From Polyangiales bacterium (GTDB lineage Bacteria > Myxococcota_A > Polyangia > Polyangiales > Houyiibacteriaceae): DNA of 64,000 bases. Numbering within the stretch: position 1 is the first letter of the stretch; every line of letters starts with the position of its first letter. This document shows positions 39,837-49,173 of the stretch, piece after piece. The position numbers and the translations under genes are program-made. A model generated the notes under the pieces. It saw only the letters and a program-made list of their open reading frames with translations, did not search any database and was not told the DNA's origin. The stretch covers positions 1-64,000 of the forward strand of contig JBGCFM010000172.1 of the NCBI GenBank assembly GCA_045106895.1, written 5' to 3'.

Positions 39837-40382
39837 ATGCCTGTGGGACCGAAACTCCGCGCCAAGCCGCTTGAACACCCCTTCGAGATCGCCCTCGTTG
39901 AACCCGAAATTCCCCCAAACACCGGCGCCATCGCTCGGACGGCGGCGGCCACCGCCAGTCGCCTCCACCTTATCGGAAAGCTTGGGTTTCGCATCGACGA
40001 GCAATCCGTGCGGCGTGCGGGGCTTGATTACTGGCCCCTCGTCGATCTCGCGACCCATGCTTCCTTCGACGCATTTCTCGATGGGCGCGACACGAAACGG
40101 TTCCATTTCCTCACCGCTGGAGCAGGCCGGAGCATATACGAGGCTGATTTCCAGCCCGGCGATACGCTCGTGTTCGGCAAAGAATCGGTCGGACTGGACC
40201 CCACGATTCTGGAGCGATTCGATGGCCAGGCGGTGGCCATTCCTACGTTGGGGCCCGTTCGTTCGCTCAACTTGGCGACGGCCGTGAGCATCACTGTCTA
40301 TGAGGCGCTGCGGCAGGCGGGAGGGGTTGCGACCACATTCTTGGCTTCCGACGCCGTCGGAGCAGGTAAAGCGAACGTGTGA
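39837..40382 (+). CDS. trmL: tRNA (cytidine/uridine-34 2'-O)-methyltransferase
   Basis: PEIPPNTG, RRAGLDYW, FGKES, RSLNL; TGcTACCGT 7 nt before ATG 39837. Confidence 0.92.
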   Translation: MPVGPKLRAKPLEHPFEIALVEPEIPPNTGAIARTAAATASRLHLIGKLGFRIDEQSVRRAGLDYWPLVDLATHASFDAFLDGRDTKRFHFLTAGAGRSIYEADFQPGDTLVFGKESVGLDPTILERFDGQAVAIPTLGPVRSLNLATAVSITVYEALRQAGGVATTFLASDAVGAGKANV

Positions 40383-40499
40383 ACGGGCGTGAACGGCTGT
40401 TGACGGTGCCAGTGGCGATCGCGACCAAATGGCCTGTTATGTTGTCGTGAGCTTCTGTTGTAGACCGAAAATGCCCTGGTTTTGTGGTATCTTAGCGCC

Positions 40500-40515
40500 T
40501 GGCACGAACGTCGCA
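40500..40515 (+). promoter_or_regulatory. Sigma54 (-24/-12) promoter
   Basis: TGGCACG-AACG-TCGCA with exact GG-N10-GC spacing, 41 nt before ATG 40557. Confidence 0.7.
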
Positions 40516-40556
40516 TAACATCGGGGCCGTACCCCCCTAACCCCCGGAGTCGCCCG

Positions 40557-41519
40557 ATGCGAGCTCGCTTGTCCACTGCTTCCCATTTCGCCTTTCTCTT
40601 CGCTCCCGCCATGCTCTTGCTGACGGGTTGCCCAATCTGGGGCGATGGTGGCGACCCCTACTGCAACACGGACCGCGATTGCCCTTCCGGAAGGTGCGAC
40701 TTCGCCGGTCGCTGCGTGTTCGACCGCGATGCCAGCTTCCCGGATTCGAGCCGGCCGGACGTCGGAACCGATGACGCGGGCCCAACGAGCTGCCGCACGA
40801 ATGGTGACTGCGCGACGGCGTTCTACTGCGACTCGGTCTTGAACACGTGCACCGACTCCAACACGTGCACCGACGACAACAGCTGCACCGGTGGGTTCAT
40901 TTGTGACTTCCGCGACACCTGCGTGCCGCCGGTTGACGGCGCCTGCCGCGACACAAACGACTGCACGGGCGGTGACCTCTGCATAGAGGGCTTCTGCCGA
41001 GAGCAGGACACGCTCTGCCAGTTCGGGTACGACTGCAGCGCGGGCCAGTCCTGTGTGAACGGCGCCTGCACCAACGTGTGCGGCACGGAAGCTCAGTGCG
41101 GTTCGGGCAGCTCCTGCAACAACGGCTTCTGTACTCCGACCACCGAGTGTAGCTCCACTTCCCAGTGTGGCGGCGGAGAGCACTGCGTCGAAGGACGCTG
41201 TCTCCCGGATTGCCAGAGCACGAGCTCCTGCTCCGGCAGCGCTGACTACTGCGGCGATGACATGTTCTGCCGACCCGACTGGCGTGAACGACCATTCTGT
41301 ACTCTCGACACCGACTGCACCTCTGGAAGTGTCTGCCGTGACGGCGCCTGCCGCACGCCGTGCCCAACCGGAACTGACGCGGAGTGTCGCGCCACGGACC
41401 CTAGTCTCTCCTGCGGCGCCATGGACCTCTGTGTCTCCACGGAGACTCCAGAGTGTGCGCTCTCGAGCGAATGCACGGCGCCTGAGGCCTGCGTCAACGC
41501 TCTGTGTCGAGGCATCTAG
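40557..41519 (+). CDS. Cys-rich repeat lipoprotein (C-x4-C-x4-C-x4-C-type units)
   Basis: Lipobox LLTGC; many units such as CNTDRDCPSGRC and CRDTNDCTGGDLCIEGFC. Confidence 0.85.
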   Translation: MRARLSTASHFAFLFAPAMLLLTGCPIWGDGGDPYCNTDRDCPSGRCDFAGRCVFDRDASFPDSSRPDVGTDDAGPTSCRTNGDCATAFYCDSVLNTCTDSNTCTDDNSCTGGFICDFRDTCVPPVDGACRDTNDCTGGDLCIEGFCREQDTLCQFGYDCSAGQSCVNGACTNVCGTEAQCGSGSSCNNGFCTPTTECSSTSQCGGGEHCVEGRCLPDCQSTSSCSGSADYCGDDMFCRPDWRERPFCTLDTDCTSGSVCRDGACRTPCPTGTDAECRATDPSLSCGAMDLCVSTETPECALSSECTAPEACVNALCRGI

Positions 41520-41559
41520 ACGAAGACGGGGACGACTTGAGCTGAAGCAGGCTCACTTG

Positions 41560-41596
41560 GCGGCGCTCACCATTCGGTGGGCGCCGTTTCGCTTTA
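41560..41596 (+). terminator. Intrinsic terminator
   Basis: GCGGCGCTCACC-ATTC-GGTGGGCGCCGT followed by TTCGCTTT. Confidence 0.65.
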
Positions 41597-41599
41597 ACC

Positions 41600-42694
41600 G
41601 TGCAGGGGGAGAAGCGTTTGCTAGAGAAGAACGTGCTCCGACTCTCTGCTCTTCTTGTGATGCTCCTTGCTTGCGGTCCCTCCGAGGAGCCAGGGGCGCC
41701 GCGGGAGACGACCATCGAGCAAGCCATCGACGGTCGCGGCCGCATCGCATTGGTCGGGATCACCGCCGAGGACGTTCAAGAGGCGGCCGGTGAGTTCGTT
41801 CAGCCCACGGAGGCTATCCGAGCTGCGCTCGATTCAGACGATCCTGTGGCTCTTCTGAGCGCCCTGGATGAGGACGATATTCAGGGCGTTGCGCTGGCGA
41901 CGACACTTGGATCAGACCCGGAGGCAACCGGTCTCGCAGCGCGCATCGCACGGTTCGAGCACATTGATGGATTGCGAGGCGCCTTTCTGCACCCTGGCGC
42001 CGTTCTCTACATGCAAAGCGTAGTCGCGTCCCTTGGCCGCGACGTCGAGCTAGCGGCGCCCATCGCGCGTCGACTTCTGGAGGGCGCGTCACGTCCTCGG
42101 ATGAGCTCGTTTCCGGCCTCCTATCGTGCCGACCAGAGCGTTGAAGTCATGGTGCTCTTACGGGATCGGGGCCGAGCTCGCTTATGGCGTTCGGCTCGCG
42201 GCTCGTCCATCGCTGCCGCGCTTGTCACCGCAGCCACTGTCGCGCGGCGACGTTGGCGTGAACGCGAGCAGGCGCTCGGAGGGCCGCTTGAAGAACGCTT
42301 GATCGACTTGGACGTGGAAGTCTCTCTACTCGAAGAAGATGGCACGCTTGCTTTGACGACGGACGCATTCGTGGAGCGCGTCTTTGGCGAAAACCATGGC
42401 GTTGCATTCGAATCCACGAGCAACTGGCGCTACCTTCTCCCGGAGGCCACCGCCGACAAGGGTCACGGCTCTGCCGTTGCCGCCTACCACGAGCTTTTTC
42501 GCGAAGACTCGCTGCCAGAAGATTCGCTGGAGAACCCTGGGCTGCGTTTCTATCGCCTCGTCGTGACGGTCCTTGGAGTAGATGCCGGTGGCGCGGATGG
42601 CTTGTCCGGCGAAGATGTGCTCGAAGCGATCGATTCCGCATCCCCTGATTCGACGGCGGGCTCTAACGCTGCATCGGACTCCGACGCGGACTGA
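41600..42694 (+). CDS. Lipoprotein with a possible degenerate AMMECR1-like domain (true start may be about 41633)
   Basis: Lipobox LLAC; LDVEVSLL...GENHGV...YLLPE pattern. Confidence 0.6.
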   Translation: MQGEKRLLEKNVLRLSALLVMLLACGPSEEPGAPRETTIEQAIDGRGRIALVGITAEDVQEAAGEFVQPTEAIRAALDSDDPVALLSALDEDDIQGVALATTLGSDPEATGLAARIARFEHIDGLRGAFLHPGAVLYMQSVVASLGRDVELAAPIARRLLEGASRPRMSSFPASYRADQSVEVMVLLRDRGRARLWRSARGSSIAAALVTAATVARRRWREREQALGGPLEERLIDLDVEVSLLEEDGTLALTTDAFVERVFGENHGVAFESTSNWRYLLPEATADKGHGSAVAAYHELFREDSLPEDSLENPGLRFYRLVVTVLGVDAGGADGLSGEDVLEAIDSASPDSTAGSNAASDSDAD

Positions 42695-44709
42695 ACCACG
42701 GGCAGGGTGAGGAGGAAGGTCGCCCCTTTTCCTGGTTGCGAACGCACCTGCAACCGGCCTCCCGCGGCGTTTGCGATGCGCTGAGAGATGGCGAGGCCGA
42801 GGCCTGTTCCGCGGTCCTTTGTGGTGACGAAGGGGACAAAAAGATGAGGCACGACCTCTGCGGAGATGCCGGGACCGTTGTCCTCCACGGAGATGACGAC
42901 GTTCTGAACACGTCGGGTCGTGACCGTTGTGGTCTTGAGACGAATGGTCCCCTCGCCCCCCTCAAACGCCTGAATTGCGTTGTGCACGAGGTTCAGCAAG
43001 ACCTGGCGAAGCTGTTCCGCATCGATTCGCACCAAAGGCAGCTCTTCGTCGAGGGCCAAGTCCAGGACGACCTCCGCGACTTGGCACTCTGGACGGAGTA
43101 GCTGCGCGGTGCGTTCGACGACGGCGTTGATGTCGACGGAGGCCGGGTTGCCGCTGGAGGGACGTGCGTAGTCGAGGAACGAGCTGACGACGCGGTTCAA
43201 ACGGTCCACCTCCTCGACGATAATGCCGAGGAACTCTTCGCCTTCCTGTTCTTGCCCTTCGGTCAAGTACTGCGCCGATGCTTTGATCGCGCCGAGCGGG
43301 TTACGAATCTCATGGGCGAGGCCCGCCGCCATCTCACCGAGTGAGGCCAGGCGGTCACGCTCTTTGAGGCGAAGGTAGAGCCGCGAGTTTTCGATGGTCG
43401 TAGCGGTCTGTGCAGCGAGTCCGATGAGCAGCTGGATTTCCTCCGGCGAGTACGCATCTCGCATCCGCTCGTCACGAAGTGCGAGGACGCCGTAGAGGCT
43501 GCCGTCCTCGGCCCGAATAGCCAGGCACACGCTGGCGTTCATGGCAGCCAGGGTCTGAGTAATCTCAAAAAGCGTCTCCGCTTCCCGGTCTTCTCCGGCA
43601 GCGCGATGCTCTTCTAGTTGGCGCTCCAGGTTCTCGAGTACCACGGAGTCATCGTCCACCAGGCGGTCGAGGAGCGGGCGCGCTGGAGCGATTTCGATGC
43701 GGGCGAGGGGGGCAGGGCCAACGTGACCCGCGAGGTCGTAACCGTGTTGGGCGTCATCGGCGAGGTAGACGCCAGCGTGGGTCACACGACGCGTTTGCTC
43801 GAGGCCTTCGATGAGCACGTGGGCCAGTTCGTGTCCTTCGAGAACATGCGCGAGTTCCGCGCGAAGCGAGGTGATCACTCGCTCGAATGCGTATCGCTCT
43901 CGGAAGAGCAGTTGGGCGATTTTTTGACTGACCTTCGAGCGCACGGGGTCGAAGAGCACAAGAACAACGAGGGATGCGACGACGGCCTGGAGGAAATAGC
44001 GACCTCCGGCGAAGAAAACGAGCACCCACAGAATCCCGGCCAGGAAGAACGAGAGTGTGGTGAGAACGGCGAGGCGGCCGGCGAGCTCATAGAGGTCGAT
44101 GAGGCGATGCCGGACGACGCTTTGCGACAGCATGTAGAGGAAGATGAGCGTGAGCAGCGTCCCTACAGGTGGCAAGTGGACGCCGAGGTATGGAGGGTAC
44201 TCAAATAGCGTGAAGAACGCGGCGAGACCTCCGACGAGGGCGAGGAACGAGCGACGACCTTCCTCGAAGCGGCTCGTCGTCTCTTGGGTGCGGAGGTAGA
44301 GCATGGTCAGCGCGGCGCCGACAAAGATCACGACGTAGGTGAACACCGCCGTGCGCACGACGATGTGCTCGTAGAGCGGCGTCGCTGTCGCGACGAGAAT
44401 CGCTGCAGCGGCGACCCAAGAGGCACGCTGGAGTCGCTGGGTTCCTTTGGCGCCTTCCGCCATGAATGTGCGGAAGAACTCCACCGTCGAGAGCGGTAGG
44501 AGGACACCAAAAGCTAGGTTTGCGCGTGCCCACACAGAGCTCGACAGGACCTTCGCCAGGAAGGTGGTGAGATACCAGAGGCTCATGTTCAGCCCGAACA
44601 CGGCGAATAGCCATTGGTCCCGACGTTTCCGGGAGCGCAGAGCGACGCTTGCCGCGAGGGCGAGGCACACCAGTGAGGCGAAAAGCGATGTCTGTACCCG
44701 AAGGTCCAC
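42550..44709 (-). CDS. Membrane sensor histidine kinase (multi-TM, GAF, HisKA, HATPase)
   Basis: About 8 TM helices, GAF-like region, AHEIRNPL, NLVHNA, DNGPG, GTGLGL. Confidence 0.92.
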   Translation of the reverse strand: MDLRVQTSLFASLVCLALAASVALRSRKRRDQWLFAVFGLNMSLWYLTTFLAKVLSSSVWARANLAFGVLLPLSTVEFFRTFMAEGAKGTQRLQRASWVAAAAILVATATPLYEHIVVRTAVFTYVVIFVGAALTMLYLRTQETTSRFEEGRRSFLALVGGLAAFFTLFEYPPYLGVHLPPVGTLLTLIFLYMLSQSVVRHRLIDLYELAGRLAVLTTLSFFLAGILWVLVFFAGGRYFLQAVVASLVVLVLFDPVRSKVSQKIAQLLFRERYAFERVITSLRAELAHVLEGHELAHVLIEGLEQTRRVTHAGVYLADDAQHGYDLAGHVGPAPLARIEIAPARPLLDRLVDDDSVVLENLERQLEEHRAAGEDREAETLFEITQTLAAMNASVCLAIRAEDGSLYGVLALRDERMRDAYSPEEIQLLIGLAAQTATTIENSRLYLRLKERDRLASLGEMAAGLAHEIRNPLGAIKASAQYLTEGQEQEGEEFLGIIVEEVDRLNRVVSSFLDYARPSSGNPASVDINAVVERTAQLLRPECQVAEVVLDLALDEELPLVRIDAEQLRQVLLNLVHNAIQAFEGGEGTIRLKTTTVTTRRVQNVVISVEDNGPGISAEVVPHLFVPFVTTKDRGTGLGLAISQRIANAAGGRLQVRSQPGKGATFLLTLPVVQSASESDAALEPAVESGDAESIASSTSSPDKPSAPPASTPRTVTTRR

Positions 44710-44837
44710 GCGACAAGCCTAGCGCTTTGCCTGGACAGCCGGCTGCGTAAACTTTTTCGCGCAAAATAAACCAGTAAATACGGGTGTTTAGAGTAATCGT
44801 GGGCATGTCTTCCTTGCGAGCATCCAAATGCTCGACT

Positions 44838-44868
44838 ACTGGTATTACCAGTGACTGGTAATACCACT
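44838..44868. promoter_or_regulatory. Tandem FadR-subfamily (GntR) operator
   Basis: ACTGGTATTACCAGT-G-ACTGGTAATACCACT: two TGGT-N3-ACCA boxes overlapping the regulator's GTG start. Confidence 0.8.
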
Positions 44869-45636
44869 TCGAAGAAGAACGCCTCCGACGAAGCGATGGA
44901 CGCGCTTCGGCGCCGCATCCTTAGCGGAGAGCTTGAAGACGGGAGCATGCTTCCGGGCGAGCGTGAGCTGTCGGAGCAGCTCGGCGTGAGCCGACTGACG
45001 CTTCGCTCAGCGCTGGCGAGCCTCAAGGCCGAGGGGCTCATCGAGAAGGTGCATGGTTCGGGCAACCGGGTCCTGCCGTTTCGCGAAACCGGCGGTATCG
45101 AGACCGTCGCACACCTCGCCCGATACGCGATTCAACGAGGGGACGTTCCCCTCGCTCTCCTCAATGACATTATGGAGTTTCGTCGGTTCGTCGCCGTACA
45201 GGTTCTAGGGACCGTCGCGGAGCGCGGAACGCCGGCGGAGCTTCGAGGGCTTCGCCTTCAGCTGGAGGTCTTGCATGAGGTCGTCGACGATGCGCCGCGT
45301 TTTATGGAGGAGGATCTCCAGTTCGCCCGCTTGATGGTTCGTGCCACGCACAACCTCGCGATGGAGCTGCTTTACAACACGGCGCTTCGCGTTCTCCGAG
45401 CGAGTCCAGGATTCGAAGCGGTGTTTTCGGTGAACGCACGCGAGACACTTCGGGTGTATGGGCGCCTGCTCGAGATGATCGCGGATCGCGATCCGGAACG
45501 TGTTCAGGCACTCGCGCGACGGGTCCTTGAGCCCCTCGACCGCAAGACGACGGACCGTCTGGCAGAGCTCGCCGACGTTCTCGGCTCAACAAGTTCGTCG
45601 ACAGTGAAGGCTGTCGACAAGAAGGAGACAGTTTGA
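44851..45636 (+). CDS. GntR/FadR family transcriptional regulator
   Basis: LPGERELSEQLGVSRLTLRSAL HTH; FCD-like C-terminal domain (DLQF..., ATHN). Confidence 0.92.
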   Translation: MTGNTTSKKNASDEAMDALRRRILSGELEDGSMLPGERELSEQLGVSRLTLRSALASLKAEGLIEKVHGSGNRVLPFRETGGIETVAHLARYAIQRGDVPLALLNDIMEFRRFVAVQVLGTVAERGTPAELRGLRLQLEVLHEVVDDAPRFMEEDLQFARLMVRATHNLAMELLYNTALRVLRASPGFEAVFSVNARETLRVYGRLLEMIADRDPERVQALARRVLEPLDRKTTDRLAELADVLGSTSSSTVKAVDKKETV

Positions 45637-46088
45637 TGAAGGTGACGACCCGCGAAGCAGCATGGCTTGAGGCACTTGGAAGTGCATTTGCACCGGAAGG
45701 TGAGTACCGGGATGGCCATCTTGTTCCGAAGCCTGGGGAAGTCGACTACGTCGGCACCTTCTGTACGTTGAACGCTCCGGCTGGACCCAAGGTTCGCTAT
45801 GGGATTCGCGCGGCGGTTGCGCTAATGGCGCTCTCTCCCGTCTGGCACAAGCGACGCTTGGCGACCATTGATGCGCTTAGTCCAGAGGAGCGCACGGGGC
45901 TCATCGACGAGCTCTCGCGTCACCCTCTCCAGCTTGTACGCGAGCTGACGCTTTTGATGAAGGTACAGACATCGATGGCGCTCTTAGGGACATCCTCATT
46001 GCGCTCGCGGTCTGGCTACGATTCCGCCCGCAGTGAGGGCACGCCGATTCGACTTCGGCGCAAGGTCAACGTGAAGGAGGTGGCGTGA
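45636..46088 (+). CDS. Hypothetical protein, gluconate-2-dehydrogenase subunit-3-like partner
   Basis: LSPEER...L...LLMK...GY pattern; TGATG overlaps on both sides; lies directly before a GMC oxidoreductase. Confidence 0.65.
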   Translation: MKVTTREAAWLEALGSAFAPEGEYRDGHLVPKPGEVDYVGTFCTLNAPAGPKVRYGIRAAVALMALSPVWHKRRLATIDALSPEERTGLIDELSRHPLQLVRELTLLMKVQTSMALLGTSSLRSRSGYDSARSEGTPIRLRRKVNVKEVA

Positions 46089-47623
46089 TGGGTGTGCTGC
46101 GAAAAGTTCGAGAGGCGGCGGAGGCCCGTCTTCCGCTCGTCTGGAACGACCAGGCATCGGTCGTGGTGGTTGGAACAGGCGCGGGCGGTGCGACGGCGGC
46201 CCGTGTGCTCGCTGCCCGCGGAGTAGATGTGTTGATGCTCGAAGAGGGGGCGCGTCTGCGAACGAAGGACCGGCCACGCGAAGTGGCGCGTTCCCTTGCT
46301 CAGGCGATGCGGGAAGGGGGGACTCAAACGACTTCCGGCGCCACGCCCATTGTGGTGCTTCAAGCGAAATGCGTGGGCGGGAGTACGGCGGTGAACTCAG
46401 GCATCATCTGGCGACTGCCAGAAGACGTTCGGGAGCAGTGGACGCGAGAGCGAGGCCTCGGTGAGCTGGTTGATCCCGACGAGCTTGCTCGCATCTACGA
46501 CGCCATCGAAAAGGACCTCGAGGTGACGGAAACGGGGGACAGCGTTCTCGGCGGGAACGCTTCGTTGCTGTCTCGCGGAAGCGCCGCGATTGGGCTTAAG
46601 GGCAAGCCCATGACCCGCAACGCCGGTCGTTGCGAAGGACGCGGAGAGTGCTTGCAAGGGTGCCCCGGCGAGAAGCGCCAGAGCATGGACGTTTCGTACG
46701 TTCCTGCCGCGATGCGAGACGGCGCACGGCTACGCACTCACTCGCGGGTGACGCGCGTTTTATTCAGAAACGGTCGCGCCGTCGGCGTCGCCGGCGTTGC
46801 GCTCCATGCCGTCACTCACAAGCCCGTGGGCCGTTTTGAGGTTCATGCCCAGCGCGTCGTTGTCGCGGCAGGTGTCGTTCATTCTCCGCTGATCCTCCAG
46901 CAGAGCGGTTTGGGCGGACTTGTCGGAGAGCGTTTCCAGGCACACCCGGGCGCTGCCGTTGTGGGCCGATTTCCGCACCCCGTTCGTATGTCGTATGGCG
47001 CGACGCAGGGCTTCGAAGTGCCGCAGCGCGAGCGTGGTTTCAAGGTCGAGAGCCTCTCACTACCGCCGGAGATGTTGGCGGCCCGATTGCCTGGAACGGG
47101 CGCCGCCTGGCAGGAACGACTCGCAAACCTGGATCACTACGCTCAGTGGTGCGCACAGATTCGGATGGAGGCTCACGGGAGCATCCGCGAGGGACTCTTG
47201 GGTCCGAACATTCGTTTCTCACCGACGGCAAATGACCTTCGCAAGACACAGACAGGCCTTCTCGAGATTTGCCGCATGATGTTCGCAGCCGGCGCCGAAG
47301 AGGTCTACCCAGGGATCAACGGTGTTCCAGAGGTGCTGCGGAGCGCGGCTGAGGTTGAAGCTCTGGAACAAAGAGCTTGGAAGCACTCGGACGTTCACCT
47401 GGTGGCTTCTCATCTCTTCGGCACAGCGGTCGCCGGACGCGACGCGCGCACGAGCGTCGTCAACGAACAGCTTGAGTGTCACGCGCACCCCGGTCTCTTC
47501 GTGATGGACGCGAGCATCTTTCCGACCAACCTGGGAGTGAACCCGCAGCATTCCATCATGGCGCTGGTGTACCGAGCGGCGGAGCAGCTTGCGCAGCGTC
47601 TACCGAACCGACAGGCAGCCTAG
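46088..47623 (+). CDS. GMC-family oxidoreductase
   Basis: GTGAGG, VGGSTAVN, CEGRGECLQGC, ASHLFGT, DASIFPT..GVNP. Confidence 0.92.
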   Translation: MGVLRKVREAAEARLPLVWNDQASVVVVGTGAGGATAARVLAARGVDVLMLEEGARLRTKDRPREVARSLAQAMREGGTQTTSGATPIVVLQAKCVGGSTAVNSGIIWRLPEDVREQWTRERGLGELVDPDELARIYDAIEKDLEVTETGDSVLGGNASLLSRGSAAIGLKGKPMTRNAGRCEGRGECLQGCPGEKRQSMDVSYVPAAMRDGARLRTHSRVTRVLFRNGRAVGVAGVALHAVTHKPVGRFEVHAQRVVVAAGVVHSPLILQQSGLGGLVGERFQAHPGAAVVGRFPHPVRMSYGATQGFEVPQRERGFKVESLSLPPEMLAARLPGTGAAWQERLANLDHYAQWCAQIRMEAHGSIREGLLGPNIRFSPTANDLRKTQTGLLEICRMMFAAGAEEVYPGINGVPEVLRSAAEVEALEQRAWKHSDVHLVASHLFGTAVAGRDARTSVVNEQLECHAHPGLFVMDASIFPTNLGVNPQHSIMALVYRAAEQLAQRLPNRQAA

Positions 47624-47671
47624 GCTGCATCACATCTCGACGTTGTTTGGCTGCCCACGTAGTGTGCGGCT

Positions 47672-48490
47672 GTGATTCTTCTCGACGGTCCAATGGGTAC
47701 GGAGCTGGCGTTTCGCTCCGTACCTACGTCACTCCCTCGTTGGAGCGCGGGCGCGTTGATGTCTCACCCAGAGGTGGTGTCGGCAATTCACGGAGAGTAC
47801 GCGGACGCAGGCGCTGACGTCCTGACGACCAACACGTTTCGCACCGCGGAGGCGACGTTGGGTGACGAGTGGCGCCTCTATACTCGTCGTGCGGTGGAAC
47901 TTGCCCGCGAAGCGGCGAAGGCGAAGTGTCGTGTGGCCGGGAGTATTGCGCCGCTGGACGATTGCTACAGGCCGGACCTGAGCCCCGCATTGTCGAGCCC
48001 CGACGAGACCTTTCGAGCACACACGCAGATGGCGGAGGCTTTGGCCGAGGGGGTGGACCTTCTTCTGTGCGAGACGTTCCCCTTCGTCGAAGAGGCGATT
48101 CTGGCGGCGCGGGCGGCGGTGGCAACAGGAAAGGAGACCTGGGTCGCACTCACGGCGGGACCGGAGGAACCTCTGTTGAGCACCGAAGAAATGCGTGAAG
48201 CTGGCCGACGACTCCGGGATGAAGGGGTAGGCGCGTTGCTTGTGAGTTGTACCCCCGCGGCGGACTGCGAACGCTACGTGGAAGCCTTGGTTAGCGCGGG
48301 CCTGCCAACGGGGGTCTATGCGAACGCTGGAGTAGCCGATGATGAGTCCGGGTTTCGGTCCGACCCAAAGTCGAGCCCTGAGCACTATTCACACCTTGCG
48401 AAGAGATGGCAGGAGGCCGGCGCAGTCATCATTGGCGGCTGCTGTGGAACGCGCCCTAGACACATCAAAGCCCTCAACGAAAATCGATGA
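47672..48490 (+). CDS. Homocysteine S-methyltransferase family protein
   Basis: LDGPMGTEL, AGADVLTTNTF, LCET, IGGCCG. Confidence 0.9.
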   Translation: MILLDGPMGTELAFRSVPTSLPRWSAGALMSHPEVVSAIHGEYADAGADVLTTNTFRTAEATLGDEWRLYTRRAVELAREAAKAKCRVAGSIAPLDDCYRPDLSPALSSPDETFRAHTQMAEALAEGVDLLLCETFPFVEEAILAARAAVATGKETWVALTAGPEEPLLSTEEMREAGRRLRDEGVGALLVSCTPAADCERYVEALVSAGLPTGVYANAGVADDESGFRSDPKSSPEHYSHLAKRWQEAGAVIIGGCCGTRPRHIKALNENR

Positions 48491-48543
48491 GGGCTCTCTG
48501 TCTTCTGATACCGGCGAACGGTAGAGGCTAGGACGCTTCTACT

Positions 48544-49173
48544 TTACTGCGAGTCGTCCGCCGTCAACTCGCCAACCACGATGGGAGGAAGGTTGGGCTG
48601 CGGATCAGGGTCGCCGGCAACGAAGTCAAGATCGAGGTCGAGGACAGGAGCTACAATGGGAGCTTCCTCAACGCAGTTTTCCTCGCCACCATCGTCGTTG
48701 GTCTGAGGCTCAGGTTCTTCGCTGTCGTTGGATGGTGGGTTGCCGGGGGCATTGGTCTGAGGATCCATTCCCGTGTGATCGGCTTCGAGCGTCTGGAGCG
48801 TGGCAACGTAGCCAAGCCATAGGGCGTCCACATCATCACCAGAACTCATGCCGAGTTCGTTCTCAACACTCGCGTAGGTGTCGACGCAAACGATGTGGCG
48901 GTCAACGTCGATGCCCACCACTAGCTCAGGCTGGCCTTCGGCGACCCCATATGACTCGACCGTGTCGAGGAGTCCTTCGCAACCGGCGAACGCTGTCTCC
49001 CAGCGCTCGACTTCGATGGTCTCAAGAGGTGCAACATCTTCCAGGAGGAGGTTGTACGAATCCTGGCCAAGTGCATCGACGGTGAAGCCCACTTCGTCGC
49101 CGGCACAGCCGACAAGGAATGCGAATGCGCTGATGCACAACGGTCCTAGGTACTGTCTCGTTTGCTTCTTCAT
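48544..49173 (-). CDS. Acidic lipoprotein with repeated [DE]PQ[TP]N motifs
   Basis: Lipobox FLVGC; DPQTN, EPQTN, DPQPN; ATGA overlap with the upstream activator. Confidence 0.75.
   Translation of the reverse strand: MKKQTRQYLGPLCISAFAFLVGCAGDEVGFTVDALGQDSYNLLLEDVAPLETIEVERWETAFAGCEGLLDTVESYGVAEGQPELVVGIDVDRHIVCVDTYASVENELGMSSGDDVDALWLGYVATLQTLEADHTGMDPQTNAPGNPPSNDSEEPEPQTNDDGGEENCVEEAPIVAPVLDLDLDFVAGDPDPQPNLPPIVVGELTADDSQ

Noticed and set aside
40557..41519. Cys-rich proteins as RiPP precursors or multiheme cytochromes
   Set aside because: No CxxCH motifs, too long, lipobox present, and no maturase genes nearby.
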